Translations under genes and position numbers: made by a program
Part shown: positions 25,266 through 37,191 of the stretch, piece after piece
Position numbering within the stretch: position 1 is the stretch's first letter
How the letters are laid out: each line of letters begins with the position of its first letter
Assembly (NCBI GenBank): GCA_030390025.1
Contig: CM059431.1
Location: 95,234,001-95,298,000 of the forward strand
Length of the DNA: 64,000 nucleotides
From: Squalus acanthias
Taxonomy: Eukaryota
Direction of reading: 5' to 3'
The notes under the pieces: generated by a model
Told to the model about the DNA's origin: nothing
Seen by the model: the letters and a program-made list of their open reading frames with translations, nothing else
Database searches by the model: none

Positions 25266-26531
25266 CTAAGCAAATCTGGCCAAGATGAGTGCGTTCCTTG
25301 CATCCCGGGCAGCAATGTTCTCGCGTACTGCTGCCGTTGGTTGATAGGCCTCTGCAAGATGTTCGTTTTCGCTCTCCTCCTCCTCCTCCTCCTCCTCCTC
25401 ATCTGAGGAGGATATGTGACGAGCCACTTGGTCCTCAGGAATCTGCAAGCCACGATGCTGTGCCATGTTGTGAAGTGCACAGCAAACCACGACAATTCTG
25501 GAGACCCTGGCTGCTGAGTACTGCAGGGCTCCACCTGATCTATCCAGGCATCTGAAGCGCATCTTCAGCAAACCGATGGTTTGCTCAATTATGGCTCTGG
25601 TGGAAATGTGGCTGGAGTTGTAGCTCTCCTCAGCTTCGTTAGATGGGCTCCTCAACGGCGTCATTAGCCACGTCTTCAGGGGATAGCCCTTGTCTCCAAG
25701 TAGCCATCCATTAAGTTGGTCTGGCGGACTGAATAGCGGAGGCACACTAGACTGGCGCAGTATGAAGGAGTCATGGCAACTGCCAGGGTACTTGGCACAA
25801 ACATGCAAAATTTCCTTCTTGTGGTCACACACCAGCTGAACGTTAAGGGAGTGGAAGCCCTTGTGGTTGACAAAAATACCTGGATTGCGATGGGGTGCCT
25901 TAAGGGCCACATGTGTGCAGTCAATGACGCCCTGCACCCTTGGAAAACCTGCCAGATTAGCTAATCCAACCGCACGCGCCATGACACTTGCTTGATCCTT
26001 GGTGAAATGGATGTGATTGTGCGCGATGGCAAAGAGGGCATCGGTTACCTGCGTGATGCAAGTGTGTGCGGCCGCCTGGGAGATACCGCTGATGTCTGCT
26101 GCTGATCCCTGGAATGAGCCTGAGGCAAAAAAGTTGAGTGCGGTGCTGACTTTGACGGCCACTGGTAAGGGGCGTCCACCTGGTCTTCTGGTCTCCAGGT
26201 CTTGTTGCAGCATTGAGCAGACGTCACCCACTACCTGTCGCGAAAGTCGGAGCCGCCTTTGGCACTGCTGCTCAGACATGTTGAGGTAGCTGACCCTGTG
26301 TCTGTAGACCCTGTTTGGGGGGTATCTCCTGCGCCAACGGGCTTCCATGCGCTGGCCCCTTCTGGCCTGTGCAGCTTCAGGTGGGTGAGCAGCAGCTTGG
26401 CGCTCCTGATGTTGCTGCTGCTGTTGGTGCTGCTGTTGTTGTTGCTGCTGTGGTTCATGGTCCTGCTGGTGCCGCGGCTGGTCTTCTTCCTCATCTGATG
26501 TCCATAAGGGAAGGAAATAAATGGCTCCCAT
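25266..26531 (-). CDS. Harbinger DDE transposase (HARBI1-like), 421 aa, intact
   Basis: [42 protein letters not shown]; poly-Q near the N-terminus, poly-E near the C-terminus. Confidence 0.93.
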   Translation of the reverse strand: MGAIYFLPLWTSDEEEDQPRHQQDHEPQQQQQQQHQQQQQHQERQAAAHPPEAAQARRGQRMEARWRRRYPPNRVYRHRVSYLNMSEQQCQRRLRLSRQVVGDVCSMLQQDLETRRPGGRPLPVAVKVSTALNFFASGSFQGSAADISGISQAAAHTCITQVTDALFAIAHNHIHFTKDQASVMARAVGLANLAGFPRVQGVIDCTHVALKAPHRNPGIFVNHKGFHSLNVQLVCDHKKEILHVCAKYPGSCHDSFILRQSSVPPLFSPPDQLNGWLLGDKGYPLKTWLMTPLRSPSNEAEESYNSSHISTRAIIEQTIGLLKMRFRCLDRSGGALQYSAARVSRIVVVCCALHNMAQHRGLQIPEDQVARHISSSDEEEEEEEEESENEHLAEAYQPTAAVRENIAARDARNALILARFA

Positions 26532-27164
26532 GCTTCTGGTATATGCCTCAGTTGAGGAAGTGCTCAGTCAAGGTGGCGAGAGGGGTTTCCCAGGAGGTCA
26601 CACTGGAGATGGGTGTCAGGCTCCAAACTTTCACAGCTGTGGTTGTGTCTTCTAAAAGTTCCCCCAGACCTGAAACAGCAAAGTCCTGCCACCTGAAAAT
26701 GAGGCTGATCAAATCTCCTATTTAATGGTTGAGCTGCAGCTGATAGTCAGCAATCCAATTGTGCTACCGCCAGGTCTCACCGTCGTGTTTCAGAACAGGC
26801 GTGCTTCACGTGGGAAAAGGGTTAAAATCACAAAGGCCTATCAAAATGGCATTATAGAGGCAATTTAGTGCTTGTTAAGGGCCTTAACGGCCTATCCCAC
26901 CTCTTGGAGGCGGGACGGAGACGGGACCAGTAGACACGATTTAATGAAAATTGCTTGGAGGCGGGATGGAGGCGGGGTTGGGCCCGCCCACCAGTTTTTG
27001 CAATTTTAACCACCCACACACCTCCAATCCCGCCTCAACGGCCCGATGAAATTCAAGCCTATAATCTCTGATCCTCCCCAATCTGTTAAACTGGAATAAT
27101 CTATCAATAGGGATACTATCCAGCCCTTTCTTTATTCTATAGACCACGATCAGGTCACCTGTAA

Positions 27165-29979
27165 ATCTATGTGGGACTACGATGTGGTGGCCATTACGGA
27201 GACATGGTTAGAACAGGGACAGGAATGGTTGTTGGAAGTTCCGGGGTATAGATGTTTCAGTAAGAGTAGGGAAGTTGGTAAGAAAGGTGGAGGAGTAGCA
27301 TTGTTAATCAAGGATAGTTTAACAGCGGCAGAAAGGCAGTTCGAGGGGGATCTGCCGTCTGAGGTAATATGGGCTAAAGTTAGAAATAGGAATGGAGCGG
27401 TCACGTTGTTAGGAGTTTTCTACAGGCCCCCAAATAGTAATAAAGATGTGGAGGAAGAAATTGCAAAGCAGATTATGAATAGGTGTGGTGGTCACAGAGT
27501 AGTTGTCATGGGTGACTTCAACTTTCCAAATATTGATTGGAACCTTTATAGGTCAAACAGTTCGGATGGGATAGTTTTTGCACAGTGTGTGCAGGAGAGT
27601 TTCCTGACACAATATGTGGATAGGCCGACAAGAGGTGGGGCCACGTTGGATTTGGTACTGGGTAATGAACCGGGCCAAGTGTTTGATTTGTATGTGGGAG
27701 AGCACTTTGGAGATAGTGACCACAATTCGGTAACTTTCACTATTGCAATGGAGAGGGATAGGGCCATACGGCAGGGCAGGGTTTATAATTGGGGGAGGGG
27801 TAATTATGATGCGATTAGGCAAGAATTAGGGAGTATAAGATGGGAACAGAAACTATCAGGGAAAGGCACAAACGAAAAGTGGAGCTTTTTCATGGAGCAA
27901 TTACTGCGTGTCCTTGATAGGTATGTCCCTGTCAGGCAGGGAGGAAATGGCCGAGTGAGTGAACCATGGTTCACAAAAGAGGTTGAATGTCTAGTCAAGA
28001 GGAAAAAGGAAGCGTATGTAAGGATGAGAAAACAAGGTTCAGTTGGGTCGATTGAGGGGTACAAGGTAGCAAGGAATGAGCTAAAAAAAGAGCTTAGGAG
28101 AGCTAGGAGGGGGCATGAGAAGTCCTTGGCGGGTCGGATCAAGAAAAACCCCAAGGCTTTTTACTCTTATGTGAGAAATAAAAGAATGACCAGGGTGAGG
28201 GTAGGGCCGGTCAAGGACAGTAGTGGGAACTTGTGCATGGAGTCAGAAGAGATAGGAGAGGCGATGAATGAATACTTTTCGTCAGTGTTCACCGAGGAGA
28301 GGGGCCATGTTCTTGAGGATGAGAGTGTGATAAAGGTGGATAGGCTGGAGGTGGTAGATGTTCTGAGGGAAGATGTTTTAGCAATTTTGAATAACCTGAG
28401 GGTCGATAAGTCCCCTGGGCCAGATGGGATATATCCTAGGATTCTTTGGGAGGCAAGGGAGGAGATTGCAGAGCCTCTGGCTTTGATCTTTGGGTCCTCA
28501 CTGTCCACGGGGATGGTGCCAGAGGACTGGAGAGTGGCGAATGTTGTTCCTCTCTTCAAGAAAGGAAATAGGAATGACCCTGGTAACTATAGGCCGGTTA
28601 GTCTTACTTCGGTGGTTGGTAAGATAATGGAAAAGGTCCTGAGGGATAGGATTTATGACCATTTGGAAAGGGGCAACTTAATCAGGGATAGTCAACACGG
28701 ATTCGTGAAGGGTAAGTCTTGCCTAACAAATTTGATTGAATTCTTTGAGGAGGTAACTAAGTGTGTAGATGAAGGTAGAGCAGTTGATGTCGTATACATG
28801 GATTTTAGTAAGGCATTTGATAAGGTTCCCCATGGTCGTCTCATGAAGAAAGTAAGGAGTTGTGGGATAGAGGGAAATTTGGCCGATTGGATAAGTAACT
28901 GGCTATCTCATAGAAGGCAGAGGGTGGTGGTGGATGGAACATTTTCGGACTGGAGACCAGTTACCAGCGGTGTGCCACAGGGGTCGGTGCTGGGTCCTCT
29001 GCTGTTTGTGATTTTTATCAATGACTTGGAGGAGGGGACTGAAGGGTGGATCAGTAAATTTGCTGATGACACCAAGATTGGTGGAGTAGTGGATGAGGTG
29101 GAGGGCAGTTGTAGGCTGCAAAGAGACATTGATAGGATGCAGAGCTGGGCCGAAAAATGGCAGATGGAATTTAACCCTGATAAGTGCGAGCTGATTCATT
29201 TTGGTAGGGCAAATTTGAATAAGGATTACAGGGTCAACGGCAGGGTTCTGAGGAACGTGGAGGAGCAGAGGGATCTGGGAGTTCATATCCACAGATCTCT
29301 GAAGGTTGCCACTCAAGTGGATAGAGCAGTAAAGAAGGCCTATGGTGTGTTGGCGTTTATTAACAGAGGGTTTGAGTTTAAGAACCGTGAGGTTATGCTG
29401 CAACTGTACAGGACCTTGGTGAGACCACATTTGGAATATTGTGTGCAGTTCTGGTCACCTCACTATAGGAAGGACGTAGAAGCATTGGAAAGAGTGCAAA
29501 GGAGATTTACCAGGATGCTGCCTGGTTTGGGGGGGAGGTCTTATGAGGAAAGATTGAGGGAGTTGGGGCTTTTCTCTTTAGAGCGGAGGAGGATGAGAGG
29601 CGACTTAATAGAGGTTTATAAGATGATGAGGGGGATAGATAGAGTGGATGTTCAGAGACTATTTCCTCGGGTAGAGGCAGCTGTTACAAGGGGGCATAAC
29701 TATAAGGTGCATGGGGGGAGATATAGAAGGGATGTCCGAGGTAGATTCTTTACTCAGAGAGTGGTTGGGGTGTGGAATGGACTGCCTGCTGTGATAGTGG
29801 AGTCGGACACTTTAGGAACTTTCAAGCGGTTATTGGATAAGCACATGGAGCACACCAGAGTGATAGGGAGTGTGATAGCTTGATCTTGGTCTCGGACAAT
29901 GCTCGGCACAACATCGAGGGCCGAAGGGCCTGTACTGTGCTGTACTGTTCTATGTTCTATGTTCTATGTTCTATGTTCT
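27165..29979 (+). mobile_element. Young 5'-truncated CR1 LINE
   Basis: 904-codon uninterrupted ORF2 and a (TTCTATG)n tail. Confidence 0.95.
27169..29883 (+). CDS. CR1 ORF2 endonuclease-reverse transcriptase (lacks the first EN motif)
   Basis: VAITETWL, GDFNFP, SDHN, QHGF, GVPQGSVLGP, FADD; no stops. Confidence 0.88.
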   Translation: MWDYDVVAITETWLEQGQEWLLEVPGYRCFSKSREVGKKGGGVALLIKDSLTAAERQFEGDLPSEVIWAKVRNRNGAVTLLGVFYRPPNSNKDVEEEIAKQIMNRCGGHRVVVMGDFNFPNIDWNLYRSNSSDGIVFAQCVQESFLTQYVDRPTRGGATLDLVLGNEPGQVFDLYVGEHFGDSDHNSVTFTIAMERDRAIRQGRVYNWGRGNYDAIRQELGSIRWEQKLSGKGTNEKWSFFMEQLLRVLDRYVPVRQGGNGRVSEPWFTKEVECLVKRKKEAYVRMRKQGSVGSIEGYKVARNELKKELRRARRGHEKSLAGRIKKNPKAFYSYVRNKRMTRVRVGPVKDSSGNLCMESEEIGEAMNEYFSSVFTEERGHVLEDESVIKVDRLEVVDVLREDVLAILNNLRVDKSPGPDGIYPRILWEAREEIAEPLALIFGSSLSTGMVPEDWRVANVVPLFKKGNRNDPGNYRPVSLTSVVGKIMEKVLRDRIYDHLERGNLIRDSQHGFVKGKSCLTNLIEFFEEVTKCVDEGRAVDVVYMDFSKAFDKVPHGRLMKKVRSCGIEGNLADWISNWLSHRRQRVVVDGTFSDWRPVTSGVPQGSVLGPLLFVIFINDLEEGTEGWISKFADDTKIGGVVDEVEGSCRLQRDIDRMQSWAEKWQMEFNPDKCELIHFGRANLNKDYRVNGRVLRNVEEQRDLGVHIHRSLKVATQVDRAVKKAYGVLAFINRGFEFKNREVMLQLYRTLVRPHLEYCVQFWSPHYRKDVEALERVQRRFTRMLPGLGGRSYEERLRELGLFSLERRRMRGDLIEVYKMMRGIDRVDVQRLFPRVEAAVTRGHNYKVHGGRYRRDVRGRFFTQRVVGVWNGLPAVIVESDTLGTFKRLLDKHMEHTRVIGSVIA

Positions 29980-30364
29980 TGTAGCTCTCCTCTGGACCTT
30001 TTCCAAGGCCACTATACCACTCACCATGTGGGGAACCAAAGCTGGGCACAGCACTCTAGATGTGGTCTGAACAGCAACCTGTATTGTGTCCTTTGATTTA
30101 TACTGAATGGTTCTGTTAATACAACCCATTACCTTGTTGGCTTTAGCTACAGGTTCTCTATATTGGTCATGCACGTTTAGTGATCTGTGCACCATAATCT
30201 TTTTCTCTCTCAACCTCTTTCAGTATTGTTCCCTGCAAATGATTTGTGTATTCTGTGTTGGCCCTTACCAACATGCCTGACACTACTAAATTAACTGCCA
30301 TTAGCCAATGTACAGCCCACTCCCCTAGCACATCTAAATCTTTTTGGATTTGATTACATTTGGT

Positions 30365-30562
30365 GGTGGAGGCAGACTCAATAATTGCTTTCAAAAGAGA
30401 GTTGGATTAGTACCTGAAGTAAAAAAATTTGCAGGGCTACGGGGAAAGGGCGGGGGAGTGGGACTAGCTGAAGTGCTCTTGCAGAGAGCTGGCACGGGCT
30501 CGACAGGCCAAATGGCCTCCTTCTGTGCTGTAACCATTCTATGATTCTATTCTATGATTCTA
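30365..30562 (+). mobile_element. Short CR1 3'-end insertion
   Basis: TTCAAAAGAGAGTTGGAT...CAGGGCTACGGGGAAAGGGCGGGG...(ATTCTATG)n tail. Confidence 0.8.
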
Positions 30563-30781
30563 CACTCATCTACCATCTTAACCCTTGCACCAATTTTGGT
30601 ATCATCTGCAAACTTACTTACCATACTCCTAACACCTCTTTCCAGGTCATTATAAAAACCATGAAGAGTTGTGGGCGGAGGACCGATCCCTGTGGGACAC
30701 CACAAGGAACATGTCTCCGAGCTGAACCACATCCGTTAACTACACCATTTTAGGTGTGTGACTGGAGCCAATTCCTAATCC

Positions 30782-32989
30782 AGGCCTAGAAATTTGAGGT
30801 CGCTAAAAACCTGCTGGTGCCACCACGGCTGGAGTTAACGGCCACCGAAGTTAATAGCGCTGGCAGGACCGGTAAATTGGTGCTGGTTGCTAATTAACAT
30901 TGAGCCCTAAACTTACCGTGCAAGGCCGTTTTTGTGGCATTAGTCCCAGCAGGAAGCCCAATGTAGCGTGGCCGTAGCTTTATTGCAGCAAGAAGAGCCC
31001 GCTCTTAAAGCAAGGCTATCATTTTAGAAAGCAGTGCGGTCCCTTAAAGGTAAACTGCCTTCTAAAACGAAAAAAATAAATATAATTTAAAAATAGGCAG
31101 TTTTTAGCCCTGACAGCTCAACTGCCTTCTGAAAAAAGAAAAATTAACATTAAAAAGAATTCCCAAATGGGAGTCTACAGCTCTTAAAGAGGTCTTCCGC
31201 ACCTCAAAAAATGGAAAAAGTGTGTTAGCACTAATACAAATGGCTCAGCAAGCCAGGGAAGGGGCACCCAGGGTCTCACACACAGCACTCCAGCTCTGTG
31301 CAGGGGGTCAACACTGCAAGAGCGGTCCTCTACCCACAGGGGTCAGGAGGGTCTCCAGAAAGAAGGATGTGGAACCGGATAACCGAGGCCGTTAGTGTCG
31401 CCCCCGTGCTCTGGTTCCAGTGCCCAAAGAAGCTTCATGACCTCAGACCAGTGGTCAAGGTCAGTGAATGCATCTTCAAAAGCCATCTCCTACCAACTGC
31501 ACCACTAGCCTCACACACTTCTCAAAGCACGACTCACCACCACCCCCCTACCCCAATCACTCACCTACCAACAATCTATAGCAATCATGAGGCACACCTC
31601 CCATTCCTAGCTTCACCTCACCCCCTTGCAGGCGATGGTGCTGGCCATTCTTGTTAGGGGAATGGCTGAGCCCTTGCTCAGCAGCAGGGCTGAACAGATA
31701 CAAGATGCTGGTATCCTCATAGGTTATCCTCTTTCTCGCATGCACCTTTTGCTTTCCCACCCTCCTCTTACCACAATTCCACCCCTGTGCCTTCCTCATT
31801 TCCCACATCCAAGAAATACAGCCTGTCCAGCCAAGGAGAGGGAGATGAGAGTGAAGATGAAAAAGAAGAAAAAGCGCCACTTGATTTGACTCTCCCAGCC
31901 ACCAGCTCCTCAAGGTCAACCAGCATGGCCATTTGCAATATCCCCCACTGAAAGTCAGCAGCCTTCTACCAGCTATGCTGCAGCCACTGGGGTAGCACTG
32001 TGTGACATCAGTAGTATAGGCAAAGGCACATGTAAGACAGTCACTAAGGGAATGTATAAGGGTGATCAGTTAATTTCTTGATGTCATATTGGATGGATAG
32101 ATGTATAAAGTTGGATTAGAAAGTTTGCTTTGTGGTGGCTTTTATTTCAGCATTGTGGCCAAGAGGATACTGTGATGGTCAGTAACAGAGGGAAGGTGAG
32201 GTGTGGGACAAATATTGAAAGGGGAATTGGGGTTGTGGTCACTGGTACTGCAGACGGATGATTCTATCCCGGATATCCCAGCCAGAAAGTGCTGTCTGCG
32301 TTGCATCCTTCTTTCTGCTTCTTCCTCTTCTGCATCTTCATCTTCTGCGTCTTCCTCTTCCCTCTGTGAGTAGATGCAGTAAATCTGAAATAAAAGCATA
32401 AAATTCTGGAAATACTCAGCAGGTCAGGCAACATCTCGACCTGAAACATAAACTCTGTTTCTCTCTCCACGGATACTGCCTGACCTGCTGAGTATTTCCA
32501 GCATTTTCTGTCTTCTCAGAGGCCTTCCTTTACCATCCGAGGCCTTGCAAGCATCCAGCAACACACCCTGCACACTTTAAAATCTTTTATATTGCACCAA
32601 GCCTCTACTTCAATAAAATATAAAAAATTCAGTCCAAAAGCGTAAATACAAACTTACCTGAAAGATGTGTGTGTCCCTTTAAGAAATGCAGACAGCGTCT
32701 CTGTCAGTCTACTGCACGCTGGCTTTTAAGAGCGAGCTTAGAACCCAGTGCTAATCTCAGCGCAAAGGTCCAGGTTCACAGAGTTAAATCGGCTTTGCAC
32801 GCCAAGTGATGTCACGCTCTCCATATTTGCATCTCCAGGGCCAGCGCTGCTATCGGCACCGCTAAGACCCTCACCAAATTGGCGTCCGCCGAGTCCCGTG
32901 CCAGAGGCGGGCGTTAGAGGGGCGACCACCTTTTTTTTCCAGGATTGTGGTGCAAACGGGTGGTGGTAAGTAGCCCAATATCTGGGCCC
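30782..32989. mobile_element. Degraded Harbinger
   Basis: TIRs AGGCCTAGAAATT / AATATCTGGGCCC; Myb exon remnant (QCPKKLHDL) at ~31240-31460; acidic transposase C-terminal remnant (-) at ~32250-32370. Confidence 0.7.
32372..32512. mobile_element. Penelope-like fold-back fragment
   Basis: CTGGAAATACTCAGCAGGTCAGGCA...TGCCTGACCTGCTGAGTATTTCCAG inverted pair; homologous to 37192-37330 and 52846-52900. Confidence 0.6.
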
Positions 32990-34117
32990 TGGTGTTTCAA
33001 ATTTGTACTGATACCGCAAGATTCTATCTTGTGAAGTAACCGAGTGTGAAAGGCTTTCTGAAACTCCAGGTAGAAAATGTCTACCAGATTTCCCTCATCC
33101 ACTACCCTAATGACTTCCTCAAAAAACTCTTAATAAATTTGTGTGGAACAACCGATTTTTTCGGCAACCATGTTGTGAATTTCTAATGTCCCCTTCCCTT
33201 TCCCAGTGATCATAATTACGATCCCTTGGAGCATCTTCCCAATAATGGGTGTCACTTAAGTCGTATCTGTGTCTAATGGCTTGAATGTAAGTAAAAGTAA
33301 GTATGAATGAGATTTTAGGTTTCCACCAGGCAATCTGATGGTAGTGGCCCATTTTTTTTTGTATATGTCCAGTAAGTTGAAGTGGACAAAAAGGGACACA
33401 GTGATCAAGTTTAGTGTGTTGCGGCGTGTTTTGTAAACATGAAGTCCCACATTGGGAGAGACTTGTTCCTATCCTTAGTTTCTTTTTCTGTATGCCCAGA
33501 GACAAAACTTAAGCCCTGTTACAATATCTAGCCTGTAGTGTAGCGACAAGAATTTCAAACCTTCAGCTTCAGTTCAGAGGCTAAACAGCTGATCACGAAG
33601 AGATTCCTAAGTGCCCCCAGAGACAGGGTCTGCAATACAGTACTTCAGGATTGTCCACACTGGCATATCCTGGTGGTAGAAGGGTAGATACAAACTGCCT
33701 GAGTCTGCCATATATTCTCAATACAAATGACGTGAATACACAACTTTAAAGAGTTAGCTAATTTTCTGCTCAGAGCTTAAGATAAAATGGATTCATACAC
33801 AAATGTCAGTTATTTAAAATGCAGTACAGTATTACCCTGATAAAATTAGTGTATCTGTCTTGTGTATAAAATACCCAGGATTAAAATAGAGGAACATACT
33901 TTATGACTGCAACATCTGTCTAACATTATACTCTCCACTTATAACCCAAATATCAATTAACGAGATGTGCCTTGGGAATTTGATTCATTAGGAAACACTT
34001 AATTTAGCTCTGAAAGTATGCTTGCAAATTAATGCAGTAGAAAATATGCAGAAGATACATACGCATGAATGACAACACCCTATTTTCAACCATCAAAGAC
34101 TTTAAACATCTAAGTAA

Positions 34118-34849
34118 TGGCCCGTAATTTCCGATAGGAGACTTCCTGCATGCGGATGCCTCCTATCGGGAAAAAATCTACGCCCTTACCTGAGGGCTCG
34201 CGAGGTCCGGACTCTTCCACTCCTGGCCTGTCCACAACGAAATGCGCAGGGCCCACGTATCTCATGGACGCATGCGGTTCGCAAGCGTCCCTGGGATCAC
34301 GTGGGCCAGGCGAGCCAATGAAAGAAGGGAATCCCCTTCATACTTTTGACAGATAGACCTGTCAAAAGTATGAATGGGGATCACTGAAAAAAGACACTAA
34401 AACATTAAATAAATGTTTTAAAAATCACGTTTTTAAAATGAGTTAAAATTACATTTAATTAAATATTTTAAACAAAAATTTAATTTTTTGAAAAAAATAA
34501 TTGAAGTTTTTTACGGGGCTAAAAATAAACTTACCTTTTTTTAAAGTATTTTTAAATTATAAATGAGTGAATTTTTTAAAAAAAACTTTTTTAAACTCTT
34601 ATGCTGGTATACCAGGCGTAAGATTTTGAAGTGATTTCAGTGGGCGGAGGTTCTGCAGAAAGCGGAACTTTCCACCCGCAGAGGCCCTTCTCCAGGGCAG
34701 GCATCCAATCTGTCAAGAGGATTCTTGACAGATTCGAAATGCTGGTTTTCAGCGCATGTGCTTCGCATGCCTGAAACCGGCATTTCCGATGGCCCTACGG
34801 GTGTGTACACACCTCGTACACACCCGTAGGCATCGGAAAATACGGGTCA
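34118..34849. mobile_element. Harbinger-type MITE
   Basis: TIRs TGGCCCGTAATTTCCGAT / ATCGGAAAATACGGGTCA, flanked by TAA and TTA; AT-rich core. Confidence 0.8.
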
Positions 34850-35759
34850 TTATGTTTGTATATCTGATGCAGATTATGGAACATTTTCTGAGGCCTGATG
34901 CCATCATTGACTGTCGTAAAATTGGACGACAGTCCTCTTGCATCTGAGCCACTTGGCACCAGATTTTCAGATCGGTGTTTTTTCCGATTTTGGAGGCTCA
35001 CAGTGTTGGTCTGCACGAGTTTACTAATCTCATGCAAATTAGGTCATGATGACCTGATGTCTGATTTCCCAGCCTGAGTTGGCAGCCCCACCCCACCAGT
35101 GCAAATCTCGCCCATAAGGAATTCGGCACCGTGCGGACTTTTAGGTCATTGCTCCAGGAGACATCTTAAAGGGAGAAGTTAAGTACTTTTGGAAAATGTA
35201 TTTTTTTGTTTTTATGATATTTGTGTTCCTTTGGCTGGGTTTTGGTCTATGCATTACTTGGCTTGACAAAGGAAGGCCTCCATTTTTGCACCTTTTGTTT
35301 TTGCTCTCCAATTATTTTTGGTTTCTGTTGGTTTTGATGTAACAAAGTGGTCGACAACAGCAATCAAAACTTGCATTTATATCGCACCAGAACATGGGGC
35401 TTAGATGGCTATAGGCATAACCACTAATAGTGTAGCAAAAGAGGGGTACACAAGAGGCCAGTGTCAGAGGAACTGAGAATTTGGGTGGGGAGTGGGGAGG
35501 TTGTAGGGCTGGAGGAAGTTACAAAAATAGAGAGGGTCAAGGCCAGGGAGGGATTTAAACACAAGGCTGAGAATTGTGTTGGGATCAAAAAACTAGGCTC
35601 TTAATTACTTACACCATTCTCCCATCAGCTGTAAGCTTAATATGTCTCTTCCCAACTGCACAAAGGAGAAATAAAGAGCTCAAAATGTATTAGATGATAT
35701 TTATATAACCACTGTGCTTCCTCTTGGTGACCCATAGCAAGCTTCTAATGCTGCCTATC

Positions 35760-37000
35760 CAAATGCTACATCAAAGTGCTCTGAGTCAAAGCAGCAAATA
35801 TGGTGATAAGCTACTGCTGTCGAGTGCATGCCCCCAGGGCTGGAGGTGGTATTGCACCTTTGGGTCCAGGTCATAAAATGGCCTTGCTACAGCTGAAGCC
35901 ACAACCACATAGGCAGTGGCTGTCAGCACCTGCCCACTAACTGGCACTTCTTCAATCCTTTGATGATGTCATTTGCTTGGTTTAGACAAATACTTGCTAG
36001 CCTCAGGAGGAAACTGCCTTTTCTGTCCCTTTTCCTTGCAGGATAAACAACGATCTGCCTGAGAACAGAATATAGTTTACCACTGAGGTGCATGAGGCGC
36101 AGCGTCACAACTCTGTCAAGCCAATTACTGCCCCTGTCAAATCTGAAAGACTCCTCTAAGTTTGAGCCCAAGGTCTGAATTGTCATGGCATTTATGAGAG
36201 AAAATGTGTGGTCTATCTGTCCTCCCCTGCAGACTCCCATGAAGTTGTCACTCGCTGCCTGATGCACAGCCGTTGTGAAAATCCTACGTGTTTTATACCG
36301 GGAAATCGGGTTAACCGTTTCTCACATTCACTCACAATCCTTCCGGGGTGTTCAGCATCATATCAAAAGATGTTATTAAGACTTCAGCTCATTGACTGGC
36401 TCTGTTCTAAAGGCAGACCCAGTTTGATACTAATCGTTCACCCATGCAGCTCAGGGACACCTCAAGCTGGAAGCCTGAGCAGCTGTTGCTGCTCCTGACT
36501 TGTGATCTATTCTTCACCCAATGCCATCTCCTCAAACTCAATACCTAATCAGCCTGGGATGTTTGAATCTGTGCTGGTGTTTGCAGCAGATTCAGTGTGT
36601 GATGCAACATGGCGGGAAGTGCTGTGTTTCTGGTGTCACCAGCTGAGCAGCCCTCAAGTGAGGGAAAACTTTTTGGGAAAAGGAAGATGCCTTATTCCGG
36701 TTGCAGAATGGAATCCTTGTCACATGGGTAATGAGCCAATATGTTGTGGACTTTATTCCTGAGTGAGAGAGTGATCAAGGGGAACAATTAGACAAATAAA
36801 AGGAGGATACTCACGGGGAGGGGGCAGCAGGCCTGAAAACTCTCCATCCTCACTGCTTCCACAAATTCCAGGCCAACAATGCCAAGAAACAGCTCCTCAA
36901 AACTGGGCAACCCTTTCAAACTGCTCAGTGCAAGTGTGCTCCCAATGATTGTGAGCAGCCTTTACCTGGAAGCACACACAAGATGTCCAACAGTTAGAAA
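35760..37000. pseudogene. Possible very old Harbinger remnant
   Basis: Minus-strand FQVKAAHNHWEHTCT resembles Myb exon 2 (LQAKLAHNRRQQQRT); faint transposase-like words on the + strand. Confidence 0.3.
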
Positions 37001-37191
37001 GTAGCAGGGTACAGAGACAGCCACCTATGTGGCCAGTCCACATGACTCCTTGTGTGATTGCAATAAAGTGCAGCCTGCATGAATATTCTGAAAATCCAGG
37101 TGCACCTTCCAACATTTATATCACACAAAAGGTTTGTCCTACAGGTTTTCTTCAACAAAACTGTGCAGAAAAGAGGGAAGAGTTGTCTCTA

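Larger units (their letters stand above)
22745..27060. mobile_element. Full-length PIF/Harbinger transposon (4.3 kb)
   Basis: Imperfect TIRs GGGCTGGATTTT / AAATTCAAGCCT, ATA TSD on both sides, convergent Myb and transposase genes; the flanks rejoin into CR1 sequence matching ~1640-1670. Confidence 0.92.
22480..33180 (-). mobile_element. Old CR1 split into five segments by later insertions
   Basis: Collinear pieces at ~22480-22744, 27061-27164, 29980-30364, 30563-30781 and 32990-33180 (VDIFYLEFQKAF, FADDTKI, ALEKVQRRAT). Confidence 0.8.

Noticed and set aside
25266..26531. Domesticated host HARBI1 gene (also considered for 45767-46927)
   Set aside because: Each lies between TIRs with a target-site duplication and a Myb partner, and related copies are nearby, so these are transposon genes; no gene symbol assigned.
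27169..29883. Autonomous active CR1
   Set aside because: ORF2 is open, but the copy is 5'-truncated within the endonuclease and has no ORF1 or promoter.
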